Shown in pieces: positions 13,520 through 27,484 of a DNA stretch of 64,000 nt (position 1 is the stretch's first letter; each line of letters begins with the position of its first letter). The notes beneath the pieces were generated by a model. It saw nothing but the letters and a program-made list of their open reading frames with translations. It did not search any database and was not told the origin of the DNA. Source of the DNA: Octopus vulgaris (taxonomy: Eukaryota); assembly GCA_951406725.2 (NCBI GenBank), contig OX597821.1, forward strand, positions 11,904,001-11,968,000, in the 5' to 3' direction. Made by a program: the position numbers and the translations under genes.

Positions 13520-13640
13520 TGACAAGAAAAAGAAGAAGAAAAAGAAGAATATGGAGGAGGAGGAAGAAGAAGAAGAAGAAGAAGAAGAAGAAGAAGAAGA
13601 AGAAGAAGAAGAAGAAGAAGAAGAAGAAGAAGAAGAAGAA
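13167..13640. repeat. Compound (AAT)(GAT)(GGT)(GCT)(AAT)(GAA) microsatellite
   Basis: Directly visible; explains overlapping homopolymeric ORFs. Confidence 0.95.
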
Positions 13641-16344
13641 AATTATAACACTAGGAGCAAAATGAATAGCATCAACAACTGAGGGCAAGGGATAAGAAGA
13701 AATATCAACATTTACATCAACAACAACCATAAATAACAGCAGTGAATCAAGCACAACAGCAACAACAAGATGAATAATAAGAGCACTGCTAAACCCATCA
13801 ACTTCAACGGCATCAATACCACAAACAATAACAGCGGAAGATTGAAATAGCAATGGACAAAGCCATTAATTTGTGCAGCAATTTATATTTCAAAAAATAA
13901 AATCAACAAAATCAAAAAAAAAGAGAAAGAAAGAAAACAGCGAACATTTAATTGATTTTTAACGCTAAAGATTTAACATTAAACATCAGTTTTAAATTTG
14001 GATCTGTTTTCTGACTCTAGAAGCTCGCTAGATGGCACAACATGTGATGATGAATGATGAAAAAAAAAAAATTTAAAAATTACAGCACAAATAAACAGTT
14101 CTTTATTTGGATGGAATTATGTATATATACGTGTGATTTGCGTATACATATATATATATATGGCTTTGTATTAAGGGATGTGTGAATATGTTTGTTTGTG
14201 TGTTCCTGTGTTTGCAGAAATGTGTGTGTGTTTATGTGCCTGCAGGTATGTGCGTGTGCTTAACTGTGCATATATATGTGAATGCTGTTAATAGCGCATT
14301 TAAATGTGAGTATCTATGCGTGCATAAGTATATGCTTGTTTGCGGGTGCCTGCGTTAAGTCTAACAGATGTGGTGGTTAAAATTTATGACATCTTCACGG
14401 CTAAACGTATGTCAACATGCCTGTAGAAATATCTGTTATCATTAGGATTGATATGAGTTGTACAAGCCAAAATAATTTTAAACCTAGTATTTTGAATATG
14501 ATTAATGCTGAATTTTTTTGCGATGAATCATCGCCATCATCATCAGTGCAATTTACGGTGCAATTTAGGGGCCTCTAGAAAATATAGTCAAGACGGAAGA
14601 GCCATAGTGAAATAGATATAGCAGATAAGGAGCCAACAGCAGAGTGTTAGGTAACTTGTTAGGTGTTTGAGGCTCAACACCAGTCCTGGTCAAGCATTGC
14701 TAAATTAAATTGGCTAAATTAATCTGTCTCTAAACTTAACATCACAGACTGGGGTATGACATGTTTTTGGCAGAGTCATTTCAGCATCATCTCTTCAACG
14801 CTGAATTGTATGCCATCAAACGTTTTCACGTTTCTCTTTCTCACCTTCCTCCCTTTTACCTTCGAGCTCTCTATTTGTATGTTTATACTTCTTCGCGTAT
14901 GTACATGTATGAATACTTGCCTCCAGTACTGAAACATGATATTTCCAAAACAGGTTCAGTGTCCAGCGCTCAATCGTTTATCACCGCACAAATTGATCCT
15001 CGTTGTAAGCATTTGCCTCTGGTTTCTGAGATAAAGACATGTTCTGAATATTTTAGAAAAACGTAGAAAATACCATGTGAGCTGCAATTTGTCTTTTGCA
15101 TATGCCAATGAAAAGCAGCTTCCTGTTTGACTACTTAAGGATTGCGTTGTTCAAATTATCTTGTGTTCTCTATAACAACGTAAATTTGGCTGCTATTTCT
15201 GACAGACTAAACGACCGCTTAGAGATATTATTGTTGCTTCGTAGTAGTAACGAAGCCAAGACGTGAGGAGTGAAAAGAGGATGCCTAAAAGAAGGAAAGC
15301 ATGTTTTTGCAGTACTATAATATATACAAGTTCTAATTATATCATGACTATATGTTAAATATGATCACTATACTATAATTACTAACGTTTTTAATAATAT
15401 ATTTCGCCTTGTAATTTAACATACTTTCTTTTGCTTTTCCCATTACTGTCCTCTGCTCTGACTTTCTGTATCACATAGTTTTCAGTCGGAAGCCAAGTCT
15501 ATTTTACTTCTTTCTTTCTTTTCTTTTCTTTTTTTTTTTTGAGGAAACGGCTATTGTGATTGAGTCTTGAATCGTTGATCTGCTCATACTTTATAATTAA
15601 AATTTGATTAAAGCAGAAATGAAAACAGAGAAAAACAATAATTCACATTTCATTTCACATCTCATTAAATGTGTTTCTCTTAATTAGCTGATAAACTAAA
15701 CGTTCCTTATTTTTTATCTCTAAAACTCAAGAACACACATAATACGTGCAATATCTAGTGCTTTCCACAACATTCACCCTTAATTTGAATTCAGCTGCAT
15801 GAACATCACATAGTATTAGTAACTTTCGAGAAGAATATTTTTAAGAGGTGGTGCCCCAACATGGCCGCGGCTTTCGGGCTAAATCATTTTTAAAGATTTA
15901 AGGATTGAAGAGGAATTTCTCCCTGGCAAGTTGTACTTACACCAACTTCTGTTACGCCATATATCTGTTCAAATACATCTTTATTCATATATGCGTTACA
16001 TAGACAACCATTGTGTTCAAACAAGAAAAAGCTTTCGTCTGCTATAGATGCAACATATTAACTTTGATTCAACTAGTTGAAAAAAACCGGCGACAAAAAG
16101 ACGAACATGTTTACTGTAAAGAAACCTTTAATCAACAGAATAGATCGAACATGTGTCTATTCTGTATAGTCTTAGACTTTACACAACCACGGTAACATCC
16201 TATAAAAGTGTGGAACAAAGAAGTCACGATTTAGACACTATTTATCACTTCTTCAAGAAAACAAGATATTATGTATAATGAATGTATATGTGTAAGGACA
16301 CTTTTAAGTATGCGTACAAACAAACGTACACACACATACCCCCC

Positions 16345-16407
<63 letters not shown>

Positions 16408-16516
16408 TACATATATGGAGAGAAAGATGCACATATAAGTAAATGTATATATACACACAACCACACACCTCAATACCCAAGCATATTTACATATACACAA
16501 GATATATATATATACT

Positions 16517-16551
<35 letters not shown>

Positions 16552-17259
16552 GCATGTAGTGATGTATCTATGTGTACTCGGATATAACGGACGCACACAG
16601 ACAGGCGTGCGCATTTGTGTGTACTATTAAGGAAGAGGAAAGAAACTAAGAATACACCATAATGTGTCGTTGAAATGTTGGTGAGACCATGCATGGCAGA
16701 TCGTGTCTAATAGTATATAAAGAACGTGATATATATAGAAATCGTCGTGATATAAATTTATCGTACGGTTTTCTATTCAGACTGAAATCTGGAGACGTTC
16801 AATGGTGGGCTTAGTGTAGCTCGTTTATTATTTGTTTCGACATTTAGTGCAGCGAGCAGAGTAGTTGATATCAGGTGATCAGCATCGTCACCAACATCAG
16901 CTTTGTTCTGGTCAGCATTTTCAGTGCCGTCTTCCTCGTCGTTCATTTCGTCGTCATCGACATCATAGCTGTTTTGACCACCACCACCAACAACAACAAC
17001 AACACCACCACCACCAACACCAACACCACCACCATCACCACCACCACCTTCATCATCTACGTCAGCATCGTCGTCAGCATCATTATCGTTGCACCCACCA
17101 CCACCACCACCAAAAACAACAACAATAACTATCTCCACCACCCTCATAATCATAGCCGTCGTCGTCGTAGTCGTCATCATCATCGTCATCGTCATCATCA
17201 TCGACGTTGATAGCAGTATGTCACATTGCGTCAGATATATAGCAGATGGTATGTCTCTC

Positions 17260-17316
17260 CATCCATCCATCCATCCATCCATCCATCCATCCATCCATCC
17301 ATCCATCCATCCAACC

Positions 17317-17391
<75 letters not shown>

Positions 17392-17450
17392 CATCTATCT
17401 AGCTAGCTAGCTAGCTACCTACCTACCTACCTACCTACCTACCTACCTAC

Positions 17451-17494
<44 letters not shown>

Positions 17495-17570
17495 ATATCT
17501 AACTATCTATCTATCTATCTAGCTAGCTAGCTAGCTAGCTAGCTAGCTAGCTACCTACCTACCTACCTAC

Positions 17571-17640
<70 letters not shown>
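17260..17640. repeat. Compound tetranucleotide microsatellite (CCAT)(CTAT)(CTAG)(CTAC)
   Basis: Directly visible. Confidence 0.95.
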
Positions 17641-20024
17641 GTCTACTTATGTGTGTGTGCGAGTGTGATTGTGTGTGCGTGTGCTTCTGCGTGTGTGCTA
17701 GTGTGTGTGTGTGTGTGTGTGTGTACGTGTGTTAGTGAGTGTGTGTGCGTGTAATCAGAGTTAATGCGTTCAACAATATATTGTTATTCACTCCACACGA
17801 AATACCGATGGAATATATGTCTAATAGAATCATGCATGTTAATAACCTAGAAAATTGCATGAAAGAGGTTGCCCCAGCATGACCGCGCTTAAATGATTTA
17901 AATCATTAATAGTGAATCGATGTATGTGTGACATTCATTGTAATAGGGTACGCCTTGTATTTTCTGAATCATGACTGGTGTGTGTCTAGAAATCTTTCAA
18001 TAGGAGAGAGCAAAATAGCAGTGTATCTTCTGCTATAGTAAATGAAATACTATTTGCTCGAATGAATCAGGGCTTTGAGGAAATACAGAGCGCACGTCGT
18101 TGGCAACTAGCAGATGTATTCAGGTTTTAAAAGTATTACTGATATAATATTCACTAACCGGACATGAAAGCCTGTTACGCATTGTGTTGATTAAATAAAT
18201 TTCAGTACGAGCATCCTGTCTTCTTCATTGCCAGAACATGTTAATCTAGAATTAATTTTTGTAAGACAGTAAGTCATGATCTATGGACTAGCTGGCAATT
18301 GTTTTCTTTTTCTTGCAGGCGAAGTTACCGTTGATTGTATCGCATGTTTATGTGTAATATATCAATAAGTAATGCCAACGCACTACTGATATCGACACTA
18401 AATAAGAAATATCCGATTATGGAACAAATTTATGTTCATTGGTTGTTTAAATGTGTACGAAACCAGGGGCTTCCCTTGGTTAAGTTTTCACTATGTATTT
18501 GCATATACACGTGTAGGCCTAAGGAAGATGTACTTTTCGTAAGAGAGCAGCAGTTGATGATATGCGCAAGTTTCTCCACATCATTGAGGAAAACCAAGGT
18601 AATGTCCAGCAAAAGGGACAAGGGCGTTATTATCGGAACACAAGACACGGAACATATACAGCAAGATATCTTGCCAGATGACCTATCAATTCGACCAACT
18701 CCATGCCTTGTATTTGTTTTGATAGCTGATCCCAAAAGTATCAAAGCAAAAATATCGGTGGCGTTGACTTCAGAGAACCGTTTTTTTTTTTCTGCTTAAC
18801 TATCTCACACGTCAATTATAATACTATAACAGACTTATACGCTTCATAATCTACCAAACAACAGTAGGCTACTTGAGAAGTAGGAAAAGGAATGGTTGCG
18901 TAAGATTTTAGAGCGTCAATAATATTTTAAATAAAAAACCTTGGACAGTTGTATATTAAAGCTTTATTTTTTGAAATGAACTTGAATTGAATTCAGAGTG
19001 TCAAGTAGAAATATAGTTTTTTTTTTATTTTCTAAATTGAAGAACAAAAAATCAAATGAACAAACATATTGCATGTTAAACTTTCGTAGGTATCAGAAAG
19101 CATAATCTACTCTGGCAATATATATACATACATGCATAGATGCATACATATATGCATACATATATACACACATACATGCACACAGCACACGCCCACATAC
19201 CCACATATATATATATATATTTATCTATATATGTGTATATATTCACGTGCATATATCATTTATCTGCGTGTTTATTCTTGAATTTGCGTGACTCATGCAA
19301 GTACACCTGAACATATGTATATGTATTCAGTATGTGCATGCATATATATCTGTCAGTGTGTGTGTGTGTGAGTGCGTGTGTGTCTGTGTGCGCGCGCGCG
19401 TGTGTGTGTGTGTGTGTGTGTGTGTATCCCTGTCTGCATGTATAAACCATGTGCGTTTTATAACTCGGAAACTTAGCTTAACGCTATTGGCCGGGTGGGT
19501 GTTATGAATGCTATTTCACGCGTCACGTCGTGTCTCTGGGAAAGATGCGAAAATTAACTTGCCTAAGGCTTTACACCTATATAGCAAATCATTACTCAGA
19601 TGTGCAATGTTGCAGTAGATGCAGTACAGTCGAAGACAAGTTGCCTCAAGTCACCAGTTGGTGTCCCACAATTTTTTTTATTTTTCAAATTATGTTATAA
19701 TCATAAGATACTCATATTTATCGCTCGTTGCCAAAGGGTTTCCGCCTAATAAATGTGATATAATATCTATCTCTGTATACCTATACATAGATAATTAACC
19801 TTTCACAGGCAGGCTTATACATACACAAATATAAGCAATATGTATTCATGCATGTATGTGTAACTACATATGTATGTATATGTATGTAGATAAAGATATA
19901 TGTATATTTATATATATATAAATGTATATATATATATATATATACACACTTATGTATACATATATACATAGTGGTGATATACATGTATATAGCTATGTAT
20001 ATATATATATATATTTACATACGT

Positions 20025-20060
<36 letters not shown>

Positions 20061-20110
20061 GCATATATATATATATATATATACATATGCATATATGCAT
20101 ACGTATATAC

Positions 20111-20141
<31 letters not shown>

Positions 20142-20197
20142 CACACACATACATATATACATATATGTATATACATGTATATATATATATATGTATT

Positions 20198-20272
<75 letters not shown>

Positions 20273-21456
20273 GTATGTGTGTAAGAAACATTAATTTTAT
20301 CAATCGGTAATATCCGTCAATTTCATGTAATAAGTTGAAATGTGTAAATCCATATTCAATGCATACTATGGGGACTTTTCTAACAGAAAGCTAACAATTT
20401 TAAGATCTACAAATGTTTAGATCAATACTAGCTGTATTTAATTAACGCTATTGTTGTCACTTACTCGTCATTTACATCGAACCGATATAGTTGATGTTTA
20501 AATTCCTCTGGCATTTGAACTTAAACATACATTCAACAGTAACTCCAAACATGTCGAATGAAACTTAAATTCTGTATAATGTAGAATTATCTTTTATAGT
20601 TCATAGTTATTTATCAGACGAAAGAAACTGCGCGAATGCTCGTAATACAATTTGGCGCTATAATAACTAATACAATTTAGCGTTAATATTTTCCAGTCAT
20701 TTCATATATCTGAATTTCTAAAGTTATAATATTCAAAATTCTATACAATGTACAAAGAAAACCAAGATAGTTATTGATAGAATGTGTTGTCAGTTATGCA
20801 TTTAGATATTGATCTAGGGCTTTGAATCGTAATAAATATTTCTACATATAAGTTGCACTGATATATTATAATTTTTACTGTTACAAAATTCAAAAGAATA
20901 TTTAACATTCAAAATTATTTATTTGCTGAAAGATTAAAGTAAAATATTTAGTTGAAAATACTACTGAATGTACGCTTAAATCATACTACAAGTAGGCATT
21001 AAAAATGAATTGCACCAATAATCTATGACATGGCACCAAGAAATTAGTGTATTAGTGATGCAAAATTCTAGGCACATAGATTCAGTTTCAATTCAATTAG
21101 AATATATATATATATATACACACACATATATATACATATATAAATATATATATATATATGTGTGTGTGTATATATATATACATATATATATATACATATA
21201 TATATATATGTTAAATAATCTTAGGGTAGCAAAAGTATTTTTAGAAAAATTCTTTGTTACCAGTTGTCTAGCGAGAAGGAAAAATTTAGTCAATAGACTA
21301 TACGTTATTCCTAGAAGAATACAGTGTACATTCAAACAGGTAAGAAATAACCAATAATAGGATATCTGACTTACTAGAAAGAGCAGTTAAAACTCCAAGC
21401 CACTAATAGTTACAATTCTGAAAGGGAATGAAAAATAAAGACATTTACCCTATTTT

Positions 21457-21540
21457 TCCTAGACTATGCATAGTTTCTGCAATCTTATATAAATTAAAAT
21501 AAAATTTTAAGTTATATCTGGCGCTGCTTCGTCAGTAGGA
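21457..21540 (-). ncRNA. Type I hammerhead ribozyme motif
   Basis: TCCTA-CTGACGA-A-GCAG..TTGC-A-GAAA-CTATGCATAG-TC-TAGGA. Confidence 0.85.
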
Positions 21541-21931
21541 TGACAGGGATCAACATATAGATACTGGGCGATAAGTAACATGCCACGTGTCGACATGTTA
21601 TAATTTTTTCGAATCCTCCACGCGAGTCAGATATCCTATTATTGGTTATCTCTTATGTGTTTGAATATACAATGCATTCTTCTATGAATAATGTATAGAC
21701 TAAATTTTTCCTTCTCGCTAGACCACTGGTAACATAGAATTTTTCTAGAAATATTTTTGCTACCATAAGATTAATGATAAAAGGTTTTTGGCTAATTCTG
21801 AAAGAAAATCGGCAATTTATATATTTACTGCCGGATAGTTCTGCAATTGTGCGGAAGAATCGAAAAAAATATTGCATATAGACACGTGCCATGTTACTTA
21901 TCGCCCAGTATCTATATGTTGATCCCTGGCA

Positions 21932-22015
21932 TCCTACTGATGAATCAGTGCCAGATATAAATTTAAAGTTTATCTTAATTGATGTAAGATTGCAGAAACT
22001 ATGCATAGTCTAGGA
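21932..22015 (+). ncRNA. Type I hammerhead ribozyme motif
   Basis: TCCTA-CTGATGA-(long stem II region, base weakened)-GAAA-CTATGCATAG-TC-TAGGA. Confidence 0.8.
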
Positions 22016-22152
22016 AAAATAGGGTAAATGTTTTTATTTTTTATTCCCTTTCAGAATTGCAACTATTAGTGGCTTGGAGATTTAACTGCCCCTTCTAGTG
22101 AGTCAGATATCCTATTAATGGAGATCTCATGTGTTTGAAAGTACACTGTATT

Positions 22153-22218
<66 letters not shown>

Positions 22219-22334
22219 CATATATATAGATATAATTATGTACAGTTAGATACAGATATACTTCCACGTAAGCATCTCTCTCCCTGTATATATATACATA
22301 TATATAGTAACAAAAAGGGAAATTTTAAACTCGT

Positions 22335-23428
22335 TCAGGTTGTGGACATAACTATATAAGACAAACACGTATGACACTGAGACGGAGAACCGCACTACAT
22401 AAGGAGCATATCCGGTCCTTGCAATACAGACCGATTCCTTTAAGTGAACATATAGAGAGATGTGCATGTAATATCCAACCAAATTTCACCTTTTTCTCCA
22501 TCTACCAGTACAAAGAATCAATTTCTGTACAAGTACGTTCGTTTAAATAGAAAAAACTTTGTTCATCGAAAAATACAAAACACCTCTGAATATGAACACA
22601 TAACCAAGTTTGTTCTCAATATACATTTTAATTCATGTTCACATACCCAGCACTGTATTTATTTTCTCTCACTACATTAGCATTTGAGATTTGTATATAT
22701 ATTCATTTATTTATCCCCTCCCCGAAAGATGAGCAATTATGTCCCCTGTTACTAATAATAACGATTACTAATTACCTCCTCTTAGATTTTTCTACTTATT
22801 GAATCATTCATTCACAAACATTTCCACACACAACATGGACTACAATCTTCTTAAGAAAATACGAAATTACAATTATTTCAATGTCATGATTAGCGAAAGC
22901 AAAGCCGATTGACAAGCACAATATACTTTCATTTATAAAATTTATTTTAAAATATATTTATACAATATAAACTATGTGCATTTTCCTTCTTTTGTTTCAC
23001 ATTCACACACACACACATACGCGCACACACGCATATATCAGTTCTGTTACCGTAGCTGCTGAATTCTTCCTACATCATTGATAAAAAGTACACTCACACA
23101 CACATATGCTATCACACATACGCGTGCGCACGTAGCTACACATACATACAAATACCTTCTTTTCTTACACTCTCTTGTCTTACAAAGTACTCTTTCCATG
23201 TCCAACCCCTTCCGGTCATTCCTAAATGTCACTACATGTAGATTGTTGGCCAATTTTTTCTCCGTGTTCCTTTTCTTTTTGATTATACTCTGTCTCCTGT
23301 TTCTGAAGAAGAGTATTGTTCGAAACGAAAAACACCGTTTCTTTCCTTCCCTGAGCGTCTTATTAATAATTTGCATGTACAACGTTGTTGTCTTTTTTCT
23401 TGTCGATTTTTCATTTTCTTATTCATTA
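22335..23428 (+). mobile_element. 5'-truncated Penelope-like element: GIY-YIG relic plus 3' region with HHR, ending in (TA)n
   Basis: From 22335: [43 protein letters not shown], then after a frameshift EKTLFIEKYKTPLN, the typical PLE endonuclease C-terminus. Confidence 0.82.
23298..23334 (+). ncRNA. Minimal type I hammerhead motif with mutated cleavage site
   Basis: TGTTT-CTGAAGA-A-GAG-TATTG-TTC-GAAA-CG-AA-AAACA; AA stands where UH is required. Confidence 0.7.
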
Positions 23429-23452
23429 TATATATATATATATATATATATA

Positions 23453-23845
23453 CTAGCAGTATCGCCCGGCGTTGCTCGGGTTTGTAAGGGAAATAATTAT
23501 ATAAGCATTTTTAGAGATGTAAAGAGTATAATAGCCATCTCAATATGGCTAACCTCAAAGGGGGGGTCTTACTGTAGCTTTTTACGTTCTGAGATTTAAT
23601 AATACATTTTTAAAGAGTTACTTCCCTTATATAATAGAAAAAACTGCATTAAAAATGGGAAAAAATGATGGTAATTTTTTTTTTATCGTAGACTCATCGT
23701 AGACGCACGCTAATACCCAGATGGGCTCGATATGAATCACGACTATAAGATACCCGGTTTTGGTTACACTGCACCGCAAAATGTGGGAGTAGTTAGGAAT
23801 CTAAATCGTAGTTAGGAATCTAAAACTTCACTTTTATATAAAAGA
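23453..23845 (-). mobile_element. Non-autonomous Helitron
   Basis: Minus strand begins TCTTTTATATAAAAG and ends with hairpin CCCGAGCAACGCCGGG then GATACTGCTAG; inserted between A and T within (TA)n; no TSD. Confidence 0.88.
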
Positions 23846-23867
23846 TATATATATATACAGCGAGAGC

Positions 23868-23899
<32 letters not shown>

Positions 23900-26229
23900 G
23901 AAAGAAAGAATGGGAGCGAGGGAGACAGAGAGAGAGTGTGTGTGGGTGTGTCTTTAAAGATTTATTTCAATAACTGTTCCATAATGGATTTATACCTTTA
24001 TATAACAAATTCCCGTCATTATTTTAGCAATTTCATATCTGAACAAATGTTTAAAATGAAGAAAAATTATTTCATTTTCTCATTATAAATATCCATTTTT
24101 TGTATTATCGTTCGCTGTATCATTGTGGTTTAGTTTTGTGTGTGTGTGTATTAGAGAGAGAGGGAGAGAGAGAGAAAGAGTGAGAATGTGTGTGTATTTG
24201 TGTATGTGTGTATGCGTGTATGCGTGTGTGTGTGTGTGTGCATGCGTATGTGTACCGGCGATATGATGTATATTCCTTAGCGTGTAATAAATGCTATATC
24301 TTGCTTCGTATTAAACATTTACTTGCAGTTGAATTGCCGACGAAATGATGAATGTTTATTGTATAAACGTATAATATGTCTGTTAGAGAAACACATGTTC
24401 AATATTTATTTTAGAGACATCATTTTGAATATTGTATTACTCTCTCAATTCTTACAATACGAACTGTTTAACTTGTGAGTATAAAAGCATTTTCACAACT
24501 CACGTCATTTGCGTATTGAGTTTGTATCTTACAGATATTTTGTTTTGTTTCTTAAAATATTCTGATACAACGTCCACGCTAATTTAAGAAGTTTATACAT
24601 CATATCTCTCCCATTTGCTTCTAGAGAGAGATGATCATTCAGGTTTGTTTCTTTGGGTTTCGGAAACGGACAGCCATCCATGAAGATATGGAGGTGAGAA
24701 AGCAGCTGGAAACTTGATTGACGGAATATTGATAGGGATTTAGCTACAGATGAGCGCAGGGCGTTTAAAAATCCAAAGGTTACGGTTCCGAAAGCATCTG
24801 TTTGCATTGAAGTCACAAAACTCGTAGTCTCTATCGGTGGATATTGACCATGCATCAACGGGATTAAGCGATGGTCTAGGCAAGATTTTTCTTAGGAAAA
24901 CTGGTATGGCCAGCACATGCAAGCCTCTCTGATCCACGAAACCACAGGAAAGGCTAAAGGCTTCGGGTGATGGAGTTTGGTATCAGGGCCGTCGCAGGCG
25001 TTGCATTCAGAACGCAAAGCGCAAGACCAGATCTCTTAAATCGCTTTACCATATTCCTTATAAATACTTCAGTAGTTACGGGTACCAGTTCAATATCACT
25101 TTCGTCGTAGTGCAAAGAAGTAGCAACCACAGAAACGTAACATATTTCAACTGACTACTGGCTTCAAGTTTTCAATTGCAAACATACAACAATATTAAAC
25201 TATTATAAGATTCGCTGCACATACCACAGTAACACTTATTACAAACTTTTCACCACTTTTAACAAATGAAAAATTAAATACGACGCGTAAATTAAAATAA
25301 ACACAAATAATATTTGTTATTGTACAATTTTCGACGACTGCATTAGAACTTTGATGTTATTAATCTTCGTGTTATTGGGCTTTTAATATTTATCACATGT
25401 CGTATGCTTATTTTCATTCTGTTGTATTACGAGTTAAAACGTTAATGAACGCGCGATTATATCAATCATTTCATCTACCTTAAGACATCAAAGTATTTTC
25501 TTACTGTAAGTCTGAATACAATTCAGTACAAATTTGCATTATTGAATACTCGCTTCTGTGTTCTGCATTATTGTAGAGCGAAAACGTGTGTCATCTGGCT
25601 TTTAACACCATATCATTATAAGTATATTTAATAACAAAATTGCTTTTATTCTGTACTGTTACGTTATCCAGAACAATAATATGACTTTGATAATTTTGAG
25701 TTTAAAGTTGATATATACATCAAATTAAATAAATGATTGAATTATAAATCTTGTAGGGAAGCTTGGTCAATAAGAGATTGTTTAATAATTTAGTGAATGC
25801 TTTGAAATACTTCCAGATAGCTTGTTCTTTTAAAAGTGCACTCCTTTTCATGAAAAGAATATAATTGCGATGGTTATGTTTTGAAAATCAATGGCAGTAG
25901 TTTTGCCAGGAAACAGACAACAGTAGACGAAATTTCTCACCCAATGTATATGTACACACAGACACAAGAACATTTCTGTGACTTTTATACTAAAAATTAT
26001 GGCTTTAAGTCCGACATTTATGTCTTTTTTTTTCAAAAACTAGCGTTGAATTTTTGAACGCAGAAGTTAAGTTTTCTGGAGACAAAATAGTGACACAGTT
26101 CTTTCGGAAGCTCACGCCATCCCACACTTTTCTCCACCGCCCCTCCAATCATCCACATCATTCCGACAGAATTCCATTAGTGATAAACTGACACCAAAAT
26201 TTCGCTGACACTTTAATTGTGTTACCTGA

Positions 26230-26960
26230 CAGATGCGAGCCTGTTGCGGAAAAATATCCTCGTTTCAAACAAATATTTCCTCAGTCGCCTATTGTAGCCT
26301 TTAAAAGGAATGAAAATATGAGAATTATTAACCTCTACTCCTGACATTGGGGTTTCTTCACGCTATTCCTTGAAAAACAGCCGCAAGGAAGGTAAGCCCT
26401 GTTCATTGTACGTGGGAGCGCTCCGTCGGTTACGGCGATGAGGGTCCCAGCTGATACGATCAACGGAACAGCTTGCTCGTGGAATTAACGTGCAAGTGGC
26501 TGAGCACTCCACAGACACGTGTACCCTTAACGCAGTTCTCGGGGATATTCAGCGTGACACAGAGAGTGACAAGGCAGGCCCTTTGAAATACAGGTACAAC
26601 AGAAACAGGAAGAAAGAGTGAGAGAAAGTTGTGGTGAAAGAGTACAGCAGGGTTCACCACCACCCCCTGCAGGAGCCTCGTGAAGCTTTAGGTGTTTTCG
26701 CTCAATAAACACTCACAGTGCCCGGTCTGGGAATCGAAACCGCAATCCTACGACCGCGAGTCCGCTGCCCTAACCACTGGGCCATTGCGCCTCCACGTTC
26801 ATTGTACAACAGCACGGATGAAGTGAATTCCATCAGGGATCATAACAGAAATGTTATGATTTACACAGGAGGTAGGACATGTAGAGACTCCTATTTGATG
26901 TACAACTTAAAAAAGGCAGTAAGGGTTGTTTTGTTTTGGAGAAAGTACTTCTTGCAAGGC
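26230..26960 (+). pseudogene. PLE linker/GIY-YIG relic interrupted by a SINE
   Basis: 26261-26329 RFKQIFPQSPIVAFKRNENMRNY matches the PLE linker motif IF...P.VAF+R..N; downstream TCRDSYLMYNL and frameshifted GEST. Confidence 0.6.
26412..26796 (-). mobile_element. tRNA-derived SINE family C
   Basis: TSD gttcattgtac at 26401-26411 and 26797-26807; tRNA-like head tggcccagtggttagggc...ggtttcgattccc. Confidence 0.93.
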
Positions 26961-27096
26961 TCATTGTTTAGTAAAGATAGCCTTGTGTCGATTCTCTAGA
27001 TGGACACTGAGATGAATGATAAATAGGTGCTTCTTATGAATGAGAAAATTGAAAATGCGCCAAATAGCCTCAATAGTACTGTCATATGGTGCATCC

Positions 27097-27484
27097 GTGG
27101 AGGCGCAATGGCCCAGTGGTTAGGGCAGCGGTTTCGCGGTCATAGGATCGCGGTTTCGATTCCCAGACCGGGCGTTGTGAGTGTTTATTGAGCGGAAACA
27201 CCTAAAAGTTCCACGAGGCTCCGGCAGGGGATGGTGGTGATTCCTGCTGTACTCTTTCACCACAACTTTCTCTCACTCTTATTTCCTGTTTCTGTTGTAC
27301 CTGTATTTCAAAGGGCCGGCTTTGTCACTCTCTGTGTCACGCTGAATATCCCCGAGAACTACGTTAAGGGTACACGTGTCTGTGGAGTGCTCAGCCACTT
27401 ACACGTTAATTTCACGAGCAGGCTGTTCCGTTGATTCGGATCAACCGGAACCCTCGTCGTCGTAACCGACGGAGTGCTTCCATC
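27097..27484 (+). mobile_element. SINE family C
   Basis: TSD atggtgcatcc at 27086-27096 and 27485-27495. Confidence 0.93.

Larger units (their letters stand above)
21209..22155. mobile_element. Head-to-head inverted, partially tandem HHR-bearing element (PLE pLTR or retrozyme-like) in (TA)n
   Basis: 21209-21620 is the diverged reverse complement of a permutation of 21624-22155; 21624-21680 recurs at 22100-22155; both outer ends abut (TA)n. Confidence 0.88.

Noticed and set aside
18318-18799. Acceptor-like ttttcttgcag followed by a 154-aa ORF containing DKG
   Set aside because: Only weak similarity to the PLE ADKG motif; no other support and no clear exon
24529-25030. GC-richer segment with 109-aa and 65-aa ORFs, considered as a host exon or THAP relic
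   Set aside because: No recognisable motif set or convincing splice-site pair
26718-27180. tRNA-like sequences
   Set aside because: They are SINE heads bounded by TSDs and lack a full acceptor stem
26412-27484. Large inverted repeat resembling the hairpin elements
   Set aside because: Two independent SINE C insertions, each with its own TSD
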